A DNA stretch of 64,000 nucleotides from Callorhinchus milii (taxonomy: Eukaryota), in NCBI RefSeq assembly GCF_018977255.1, contig NW_024704743.1, positions 43,030,001-43,094,000 of the forward strand, given 5' to 3'. A model generated the notes under the pieces. It saw only the letters and a program-made list of their open reading frames with translations, ran no database searches and was not told where the DNA came from. The translations under genes were made by a program, and so were the position numbers. Every line of letters starts with the position of its first letter. Positions within the stretch are counted from its first letter, which is position 1. Shown one piece after another: positions 25,201 through 37,200 of the stretch.

Positions 25201-28200
25201 ATGCAATATCACAGTATTTAGCTGGACCCAATCTTCAAGTCAGGGTGTTTTTAATTGTTGAGTTACAGAGTACAGGTAAAGAAACGTAAAAGTTTTGCAC
25301 CCAACCATCTTGCGAAGCTGTGCATTAGGAGATACAACCTTTGTTAGGTGTCCCAAAGTGGCTCAGCCCTCTCCTTTCTATTGGCGTGGTCAAACAATTT
25401 GTCATTTGCCCTCTACCTGGTTCCTTTGGAGTTGTCTCTTCAGATCGTTTGTCTTTGGTGGTTTTCCTCCGTTGGCACTTTTCTTCAGCAGTTCACAGAC
25501 TTTCCATCTCCAAGTGGGTAATGTAATTGTTTTGCCTGATGTTTTGTTACAGGTGACCTTCCAGCCCTAGTGTAATTTGGCTGATACAGCCGTGCCCCCT
25601 TTAATGATCCTATTTTTCCTTATGACTTGTCTGGGCAGTGCCACAAACTGACCCCCCTAGACCTTCATAGGTTGTTTGACAGGACAAAAGCTCTTTAGTT
25701 CAGTCACCCAAAAGCTTTTATTAAAATTATTATTTTATTTTGGTTCTTGAGTGATTATTGTCAGGCATGTGGAGTAAGGAATCTTGCCCAAGGAATCCTG
25801 CCAGGAGTCAAACCCAGGTCTCTCGCTTGCGAGGCGAGCTCTAACCACTGAGCTACAAGACTCCTGATTATAACTAATATTGTAAACAATATTAAACTCA
25901 GTGCAATCTGTTGTTATTATGTACTTAATTGTGACTTTTTATTTTAACAGTGAAATAGAAGTACTCAAGCATCAGAACTTTGCTGCTCCGGTTACCTCTG
26001 ACAGCATGAAACCTCCAACAAATATGATAGAACAAGTGCCTCACATTAGACCGGTGGACAGTGGGGAGTATTTCGACATCCGAAGCTTTGAAAGTAATAG
26101 TTGGGAGGTAGAGAGAGAGCGGACCTCCACTTCTTCCCCAAGAGACACTGAAACTGGTTCTTGCAGTCCTGTTGTTCCTCCTATACAAGTCACAACACTA
26201 ACTTCACACTACAAGGAGCAAACACAACAGCCACCCATTTGTTCTCAATTAGGTAGTGAACCAGTACTGTTCAGTAAACCAAACAGGTTAGTTGTTTTAT
26301 GCATGCTCCAAGGACAGAACTAATATACTGTGCACTTTTGGAATATGTGAACTGAATATTTAAGCATTTCTAATTTTTTTTTAATATATAAAAAGAGCCA
26401 GATTAATTTGTTAAGCCATTCTTTATTTCTAAATGCAGGTCAACATTTTTAAAATATTATTCCACCAAAGAACTTTTCAAACCACCATAAGAGTGTTATT
26501 AATAAGAACTTTAAGACATGAGTTTTAAGTTCCTTGTGCCAGAATGCTTCTGTATTTCTGAAAACTGTATTTGTCTGCCATGTTTATCCACAAAGATACA
26601 GTTGTACAACTTTGCAATGGATCCTGTGTGAGACATGCTCCCGATATAAAAGTGGTGGCCAGGACAAAATTCCTAGGCAAAATAAGAATAATTCTTTCAT
26701 TTGCCTAGGTATTCCCGAGAACTATGTATCTAATGTCTATCAACTACTAGTTTCTACATGCACTTACAGAATCTTGTTATGTAAGTGGATAACACGGAAT
26801 TGGACAAATGGAGGGTATGGGCAGGATAATATGCCTTGAAGAAATGACATGGGTGAATTTGAAAGTCAGAATAAAAATATTAAAATGTCCACCACTGTAA
26901 TACTGGGAGCCACTAGAGTTGGCTAAAATGGGAGTAATCAGTATGAGGAACCGAATGTGGTAGAGCAAGGTGGTCCAACTGGTGGCCCATGGGCCGCATC
27001 CAGCCTGTGGGCCGATTTTATCCGGCCCTCCCTCCATTTCATCTGGCCCACCTGCTCCCTCCATATCCCGTATATGTTATGTTTCTGGAAGGGAAATGCA
27101 AAAAATATTGCTTATGCAACCCATGGCCGTTTCTCAAATAGGCCATCCGGCTCTCAGCAGCCAAAAGGTTGGACAACCTTGTGGCAGAGAATTTAAGGTG
27201 CAGAGTTTTAGATCAGATAGAACCTATGAGGTGAGCAATAGAGGCTGGAGAGAAGACAGAGAGAAGACCATTGGAATAATTTAGCCTCAAGATGGCTTAG
27301 GCACAAATGAGAGTTTGAGAAGCAGTGAAATGTTTGAAGCTTAGCTGAGGATCAAGCAGAACATCAAATGCACATCATACAAATAGACCAAGCTTCAGGT
27401 CTTTCAGTGCCTTGATAATGCTAGTATCATCAAATAATTGAAATAGAATCTTGCATATTTTAATCAACAATTAATTAAAAGATAGATAGATAAAATGATT
27501 ATCTATTGCCATTCAACCCATCAAAGTGTGTACTGGTGTCCTCAAGATAGCCAATCCTACTCTTTTGCTTTCTCCCCACTGTCTTTAATATTTAATAGAA
27601 TATTTATCTTTTTCATGCATACATCCAATTCCCTTTTAAAATAATTTGTGGACTCTGCATCAATAATGATTTATCAGCATTGAAACTCTTGAGACCAGCA
27701 ATCAATCATCCGTTCCTTCACTAAGATTTTCTTTTATTTACTAAGTTCATTGACCGGTGATGTAATATGGAAATTAGTGCCTTCTGTGAACTAACAGTTC
27801 ACTTTTATTCCTGGTCCCTATGCTTTTTTTCCACAGGAAGTTGTCTCCTGCATTTCATCAAGCATTGCTATCTTTCTGTCGTATGGCAGCAGACAGTCGC
27901 TTAGGATCAGAGGTAATAACTGATTAATTTTGTTAGAATGTGATGAATATAAATACAAGTTATTCATTGTCATTTGATGCATTCTGTAAGAAGTTAGAAA
28001 GAAGTTGTGATAGATGTTGAAGTTTGACGGTCAAAATGTGTTCTCTAGTACCTCATCTAAGTGGCTATTTATTTACGTTAGACCTCCCCTACACATACTT
28101 TATGGACTTCTTCGATAGAGTACTTCCTCACTCATAGTAAGGGTCTCCTGATGTCGCTTTGCAGTGGAAGCAACGTTAGCGGGCCTTCAATGACCGATTG

Positions 28201-31200
28201 AGGTGGACCTTGACTTTTTTTTTGTATTTGGTTTCACAGAGGGCAAGCATGTGTAAGAAAATGTTGGTTCTTTCCTGGACAAGTAAACTAACAATGATCC
28301 AGATATAAGAGCAATCGGTATACCATTACAACCACCACCTTTTTGGATACCAAAAAAATACAAAATTGTTAACAGAATGTTAAATGGCTTTGAGCAGGGG
28401 TCCCAACTCGTCGATCACTGCTAGATGCACTTTCGCGCATGATCCAAAAGACGAGGAAGGAGTGATAGAACTACTTTGTTATTGAGTCAAATTGAAAATG
28501 AAGCCAGATGCACAAAGTATTTCATGCATCTGGAAATATAAAATTTACTGTTAAAACTGCCATAAATGTTGTTCTTGAGCATGTGTGGAACAACACCTTG
28601 CAGTAATCAACTGTTTGGAGATCCCTGGCTTATGGAGATCCTTCAAATATCTGAGTTGATATTGATTTAGAGATTCTCAAAATGGCTCTAAACAGTCTTC
28701 ATATTTCTGGTTCATATGTAATATTTGTTAACCATTAAGGTAAATTGCACAAAGAGACCTGCCAGTTACTTCTCCTGTTATCAATTTCAAACCCTTCCCG
28801 TTTAACAGTCTGTTTCTGTTGAGAGACTAGCACCAGCTTTTTTATGAGGACAAAAAAACTTTTAAATGCTAATAAGAGTTAATCCTTGGTTGATGAGATG
28901 AAATCAAGCATCTTGACAACACAAAATAGAATTCTTTGAAGAAATAACAGATAACGTAGATAAGAATGTGCTATACGCAACTTCCAGAAGACTGTTGATA
29001 GGGCACCACATGAGAGAGTCTTTTGAGGTTATTTTATTCACTAATTGGATAAAATGCAAAATTGCCAGAATGTTAAATGGCTCTGAGACACTACCCTGCA
29101 TGGGGGGCACTTATATAATTGCAAGTTGTTGTTGTAATTGCTGGAAAAAAAAGTTTTAATTTGCTCCACATTGTACCCAGCTGAACCTATAATGAAGATC
29201 ACCTGTATTTATTTATTTACTTATTGGTCAAACAAAAAACTTAAAAATCCATCATTATGTTTAAGTCTGCAAACCAAATTGAGTTCCACATGACTTCACT
29301 TTGTGGGTGTGCGCACTCTCTCCCCAGAAGGGATGCACCCTAATCACTTACTCCTGGATATTACAGGTACAGGTTGGCAAGAGTCGTGACCAAATTGTCT
29401 GTTAGGGGACTGCTGGAGTTTAAGCAGCCAAAATCGCACTGCTTGCCATTGTGAACACCAGATAGCTTCCTGTTTGACCAGCTACGACTACCCAACCTTT
29501 AGTTTTAGCTTGCACAGTTAACCAAGTCCTATGAACAAGCTAAGCTAGCAGGTCTTTCATCAACAAGTGGTACAACAGAACAGACCACTGAGATTGACAC
29601 GGATAATTGACATAGATGTCATTTTGGAGCCAGATCAGCCCCACTTACCTCCCCCAAGAAAATAGACAATATTTGTGTGTGGATAGCAATTATCCATATA
29701 TAAGCTGTCAAAGTGATTGTCGGCACACTATTAGACTCAGTGCATCAAAATGGAGCTCAACTGTAGCTTCACCTCCCAAGTTATATACAGAATATTCAGT
29801 CCATTATTCATTGACTGCCCTTTAGGTGGTTTATGCGTGTAGCGATATAAATTCTGTTGAATTTCATATGATTTGACAATTATAGATGTAATCAGCAGGA
29901 TTGTAAATATAAACTCAGACCTCATCCATTTCTTTAGGTTTCTCGAATTGCTGACAGTGAAAAAAGCGTGATGCTGATGTTGGGTCGGTGCTTACCACAC
30001 ATAGTACCAAACGTGCTGCTGGCAAAGCGAGAAGTAAGAGAAAAGGAACTATCTGCTGAAACATTATACAAATTTCCAGCGCACTCTTTTTATTTCTATA
30101 TTGTTTTACAATTTCATCTGTGAGTTTGCCTTTGTTCTCTGCTGAAAGTCTGTATTTGTTACTTGCAATCATATTCTTACTTTTGTGCATGCATCTCTGA
30201 TCCTAGAGAATGGTTGTGCATCTCTGTCAGGTGAGTTTGGACACACCTCAAGGTATCCAAAAGGCTTTCTTCATTGCTGTTTTTGTTTTGCTGCAGTTTC
30301 TGTCTGTTTAAAAACTTAAAGCTAACTACTTCATTTATATTACCATATTGTTTGAAAAGGCTAGCATATACTCATTCAACTAAGCGTTGTGTTTTAGTTT
30401 GTAGATAAACTTACCTTTAGTATTGAATCTCTTCTGCAATTTCTAGTCGTGCCTTCCTAGCTTATTAACTCTAAACTAAACTGTGTGAATTACTAATGTT
30501 GACAATGAAAGGTGGATAAAATAAATTTCCTACATGCCAGCTTTGAATGCATAACGGTAAGACTGTTCTTTGGTACAAACTGTTGACAGAAATGGAGCCA
30601 TAACACTTGAAAACGGGTGCTACGTTTGTCAAGCACTAGTGTTTTCTTATGGGAACATGTTCATCATTACACTTTCTTCTCCATGTGAATACAGTGTAGT
30701 GCTTCTTAATGCTATTGTGAAAAATGCCTAAGAGGAGCTTTTCGCATTTTTAGGATTTATTTCAACTGTGTTGGACAACAGACTTTACACTATTAAGGTT
30801 GTGTTGAGACAACCAAGGCACATGTGGCGAAGGGACTATGGGATGGAGTTCCAAAGGGTGGGATAGAGAGGCTGAAGACCTGATTGCTGGGCAGGGGACA
30901 TGGAGCAGGCCTGAGCCTGCTGAACGGAGGGAGCGGTCAGGTTGAATGGGGTTAGCAGGTCACAGAGGTAGAAAGGGGCAAGGCCATGGAGGGCTTTGAA
31001 GGAGAGGACGAGGATTTTGAATTCTATTCTCTGAGGGATGGGGAGCCAGTGGAGCCGGGCGAGGGTGTGGCTGATAGGGTCACGAAGCCTGGTGCGGGAG
31101 AGGACATGAGCTGCAGAGTTCTGCATGATCTGCAGCTTGTGGAGGGAGGAGTTGTGAAGGCTGACAAGTAGAGTGTTGGAATAGTGGAGCCTAGATATAA

Positions 31201-34200
31201 TAAATGTGTGGAGCTGGGAAGTGAGGGAAGGCCGAGCAGGTCATGTCATGGATGTGGGATAGAAAGACAGTTGAGGGTCAAGCAAGACGCCAAGATTATG
31301 GACTGGCTCAGTGAGGTGAAGTGTGCATCCATGGATGGTGATGCTGTCAGTGTCTGAGGTGTGGAGGCACTGACGGGAGTCAATCAGGAGAGCCTCGGTC
31401 TTGTTGATGTTCAACTGAAGAAAGTTAGTTCTCATCCAGGACTTGATGTCTGACAGACAGTCTGTCAGGACAGCAGTGGTCCTGGAGTCAAGGGTGGAGG
31501 CAGAGAGGTAGAGTTAGGTAGGTAAAGGAAGTTTCCCCCATGTCTGCGGATGATGTCACCAAAGCCCTGAGCCATAATATTACAATTTGTACATTAATAA
31601 TGCTGCTTGGATGAAGTACTGGATGGTTGCTTGTGCTCGTGGAAATATAACCCAGTGTGAATGACTGCCTCCAAGAATGCAAAGGAGGAAAAAAGGGTAA
31701 CATTTGGGGGAAATAAAATATTGTAATGCCTCGTTTGTTTAAATTGGTTACTTAAATCCCCAGGTTTCAAGTTAGCAACTGAACTTAATCATTCCTTCGC
31801 CACTCCCCTTTCAGCCCTCTTCATTCTGCTGACACAGTCCCGCTGCATATCACTCAGTCCCTCTGCGCTACCATCAGTGGCCATGCCTTCAGCCAGAAAA
31901 CCTGTCTCAATCCCTTGGCCTCCCCCTTTTATCTTATCTTTAAATCCCACCATTAATACCTACCTCTTTGACCAGCCCTGTAAACATCTTCCCTCCCTCT
32001 TCTCTCTTGTTCAGGATCCAATGCAAGTTCTTGTTCAGGAAATATCTCACTGCAGTGGAAAGTTATTTGCAGTGATTTTCCAAAAGATTTCAAATGTTTC
32101 AGCTACTGGATATAGTGTTGGAGCAGAAAGAATATCTGAATCCCTTAAAGGGATTTCTCTTGTTGTTTATCAATCATCCTTTTTCTTTCTTTCCCACCCC
32201 ATGGCCCAGCAGTTAAACGTATCAAGAAAAGCGCATACCTTGGAATGGAGGTTTGTTTTCCCAGCCGAGGGAAAATGTCAGTTTTCCATCCTCTGCACAA
32301 TGTCCCCCATAACCTTTCTCCAGTTCAAATTTTCCAATTTCATTACGGTAATTGGGCTCTTATTCAGTAGTGTGTGGTGGATGCTTCCTACTCAAACAAT
32401 GAAGCCCTTCTGAGGTTGGCAGTATTACCTAAGTAACCGTACACTATATTTGAACATAGATAGAATCGCTAATTTTGCATAGATCGTTTCTTGTATCATG
32501 AATAACAAATAATTGATAATGCCACACTTCTGGAAATGGAATTAATAAAGTACCATTTATGTTACATAAAGAGACATGAAATAGCATGGTAGGAAACGTG
32601 GAATATTTCTTGTATAAAATACAAACATCCACCATATCGCATCCTCCATACGCAGCAGCAGTCTCCTTTCGAACATCGGGGAACCGAATGAGAGTTATTG
32701 TCCATTGTGATTGATGTCTTTTTGACATCAAAGGACAGTGACACCAATCACATGATTATCCTATCTTCTTTATCTCTTCTGCCCATCCCTGTTGCGGTAT
32801 CCTACATCCTTTCAGTTGCTTGCATCTTATAATTGTATAAGGTTTAGTCCTTGGTTAGAATAGTGTTATCTTGTTCAGATTTAAAGTTTGTTGTTTTTCA
32901 GTATTGCGTAAATTAATGTCACTTTAGTCAAGTATCTAATAAAAACAAAATTAGGTTGAAACCATTTTGGACCCTGGCACATTCACATTCCAGTAGTGGA
33001 GATGATAATAATAATTCTTGCATGTGATATAGCGCCGAGATGTCTCAAAGCACTTCACAGAATATATCGTAAAGTGGTTTGACTGTACTTTGTGGGCGAA
33101 ACAAGATGTAAGGATAGGACAAGTAACTTTGCATTTCACACATTCACATTTTGCACAACAGTAATTTTGCAGCATATTGTCTTAGGAGATTCAATAGGAG
33201 GAAAGAAATCCATGCTTGGGCACGTTATCACATCCTCCCACCTCTCCGACCTGCTAAGCCCTTATCGACCTGTCCACTCCCACCACTCAGCAGGCTGTGG
33301 CCTGCTCAGTGTCCCCCGCCTGGCCTGCCCCACCATCGGTGGTCGAGCCTTCAGCCTCTCTGCCCCTCTGGAACTCCATCCCACATTCCCTTTGCCTCGC
33401 CCCCTCCCTTGCCTTCTTCAAAGCATGCCTCAGGACACCCCTTTTCGACCGTACCTTCGGCCACCCTCCTACCCTCTCTGCCCTCACTCCTCCCTGATCC
33501 CAACCCCCACCCCCAACGGGAGGGACATCCTTCGGACATGAAAGGCACTTTACAAATGTAATTTTGTATTGTATTGTACATTGTCTATAAAAGAACCAAA
33601 TGGCCTTTTCATTGTCTGTATCTTTATGTGACCCCCTCCACACACACAAAATAAACTTGATTACATTGGATCTATAAACAATTTTAATTGAAAGTTCATA
33701 AAAGATTTTCCTTTTGTAAGCAGAGCTGCCTTACAGCAATGGAGATTAAAATAGTCTTGCAAACCCAGGAGAAAGGGAAGGGATGTATGTTGGAAGCACC
33801 AGAATCTTCTGTAATTGCTATTCTGATTTTTAACAGAAGATGGCATCAATATCAAATAATGATTGATGTATAGTTACATCTCCACCACCTCAACAAGTGA
33901 AGGAGGATAGCCCTTGTTGCATTTAGTAAAACAAATGATATATACCAGACAAGCTTGTTTTGTTTACTGATTCATAACAAATATGAATTGCAGAAATTAT
34001 CAATTGTATTAGGGATATCTTTTTTCAGATCTAATTGTTTATTTGATGTATTTAATGGTTGTGAAGCCAAAGTTCATCTCTAGCTGCTGAAAGTATGGGT
34101 AAGGTTTTCCAAATTTTTACAATCAACCTAGAACCATTACAAATGACATTACCTTTGTCAAACAAAATCCTCCTTGTATTGTTGACAAATCCTGCACTAA

Positions 34201-37200
34201 AACCTTTGATAAAACTCAATAGCATAATCATTGAATGAAGAACTTTGAAGATGTGTTACTTTTTTTATAACTACATTTGTTCATATAAATTTGCTTTCTT
34301 CTGGTTTCAGGAGTTAATTCCGCTAATTTTGTGCACTGCTTGTCTCCATCCGGAGTCCAAGGAGAGAGATCAGCTTCTACACATTCTCTTCAACTTAATT
34401 AAACGACCAGATGATGAACAAAGGTAAAATCATTACTTATGGTTGCTGACTGCTTTTGAGACATTTAATCTGTTACTTTCACTGAAGCACTTCATTGAAT
34501 GCAAGACTGCATGAATATAGTTGCAAACTGCTTTGGAACTCAAAGGATGTTATTAGTTACCAATTGCTGTGAGATTCAGTCGACTCCATCTAACACAAAT
34601 AGTTATAACTGCAATATTTCTACATTTATTTTAACTTTTTATTGTTCTAAAAATATTTTCATGAGTAAATAATTGCTTAGTACCACTGAATCCTTTTCAA
34701 AAATCTTTGGGGATTTGAAACAGTAAATGTCTTATATACTATGCCATGACATACTCATCTTCAACAACAACACCAAAATTACATTTATAGAGCGCCTTTC
34801 ACGTCGGGAGGACGTTCCAAGGTGCTGGACAGTCGGGTCAGGACCCGAGCATGGGGGAGGGGTGGGGTAGGGGTGAGGGAAGGCAGAGAGGTGTGAGTGG
34901 GACCGAAGGCACGATTGAAGAGGAGGGCCTTGAGACCGGCCTTGAAGGAGGTAAGGGAGGAAGCGAGGCAAAGGGACTGTGAGATGGAGTTCCAGAGTGT
35001 GGAGGCAGAGAGGCAGAAAGCCCGGCCACCGAAGGTAGGGCGGGTCGGGCGGGAGACATGGAGCAGTCCAGAAACCTGAAGGCTTTTGAATTGGCCAATT
35101 TTTGACTTAACTGTTGAGCAATATTGTCGAAAAGACACAGGTGAGGGGCTTTCCACAATTTATTTCCCTTTTTTGCTGGGCGGATAGTGATTTTCATTCA
35201 TCACGGAATCCTGAAATGCCACATCTCGTCTCTCACAGCAGCAGTGCTTTTTTATGTCCCTGAAAGCTACATAAACTAATCTACTATAAAAGTCTATTAT
35301 CCTCTCAATAATGAAAAGTTCTGGAAGTTACACCATCAAGTAAGTGTACCATTGGTCACTGTCAAATTAGCAAACTCGAAAATGTGGGGAATAAACAAAG
35401 TTTACGCTCATCACAGAGTATTTTACTTTATCGAGAAAGTAAGTTGCACTCTCTCAGCGCCATTTCCTTAAGATATCTTTTTAGGGAAGGCATGGAGAGA
35501 GGGAAGGAAAGAGTCACACTGGGAACTATTAAAAAAGATACCAAACATTGAAACTTTCTTGATCATTGTCCAGGTCTTGTTTGGCCTTTGGCTTGTCAGT
35601 GACATTTGACACTCTCAAGTCAATTGAAATGTCCCTATGTATGAAAGTGCAGTGCCATGTCTTTGGTTTCCAGGAGGGGTGTTTGAGCAGTTGACTGGCT
35701 GCAAACAGGAGGAAGGAACAGGAAATCTTATGTTATAGCAATGGAGACCATGATATCCAAATAATTTACTTTTTTTATATATCTTAGACAGATGATCTTA
35801 ACAGGCTGTGTAGCATTTGCTCGGCATGTTGGACCAACCCGTGTTGAAGCCGAGCTTTTACCGCAGTGCTGGGAACAGGTAAATGCAAGAACTAATTTAA
35901 AGGTAAAAGCCTTAGAATCACTAGGTACAATCCAACCATGTCCCCAATTCCTGAATTCATAACTTTATTTTATTCAGGTGGAAGTCTACTTTGAGATGCG
36001 GTTGATGCCAAGTCTGAATATAAAAACTAGAGCAGCAAGATGTTTTCACAAATATTGAGTTTTCAGAACTTTTTTGTTGTACTTAATGTTTTTGAAAAAC
36101 TTCTCATACTTTTTTTTCAACCAGTGATACTGTCCTTGGATGTACCCAAAGTGGGATAACGGTGGTATCATGCGTCTATTGAGGTTGAATATTTTCTTTA
36201 ATTCTTAAATCCCCTAAATCAACAGTTTTAACGCTTTTTTTGTGTATAATGACATCTAATCTCATAATTATTTCCTTCAGCTTCTTACTAATTGGAACTG
36301 CTTCACTACCTGTATTTTATGTTTTAATATAAAATATTCCTGACCAAAAACAGTTTCACTGTTACTTGCAACAAATGAATAAAAATCTGAAGACTAAATC
36401 CATACAAAATCTGTACACTAGTGCATTTGAATAAGCACTTTCATGCATTTGCATGCTTACCATGGCCATTTGAATGTCAAGCAATAGAAAATTAGCATGT
36501 CACTAATGCAGTAGTTGCTTCAGATAATTGCAAGTCTCATTTGTCTGCTAATGGTGTTCCAGTTGCTAACCACGTTACATTTTTTAAAAACTTGTCATGC
36601 TTTTCAATATCTGTGTTTAAACACTTTGTAGCTTGTAGAAATTGTCTGTTTGCCAATTCAAAGGATTGCTTGATACCTCTGTTTGGAAGTCATTGGCAAG
36701 TGTCATAATCATTGAAATTTCAAGCTTAAGTTTCATTTTAACATCTCTAGCTGTATATTCTCAGTAAGCGATTACACTGTTTAAGAAGCAATTGCATCAT
36801 ATATTCTAAAACTCAACAGAATTACTGCCATATTTTCAGATCTTCCATTAGGTTGTAATGAGTTACACCACAAAGTGTAGAATACTGCTTAGCAATTCCC
36901 AAAATTATCAATTAAAGCTAACCCACATTGCTCAATAGAGGTGTTTCTTCCCCTGCTTCCCCAGCAAACTTAAAAACCACATCAACTGTTGTGTTCTTTT
37001 TTTACTTCCAAGCAAGAGCCATATTTGCTATCCCTTGGAACAGGCCCCATTTATTCTTGGGCAAAAGATGGTGTGCTGTACAGATGTTCCCTCTCCCACA
37101 AAAAGTGTGAAGAATAAGTGTGAAGACCGTTTGTTATCTGCTCCTTCGGGAAATTACTAAAATGGTGTATTTAACAGTCCAGAAATAATTGCAAAACTGA

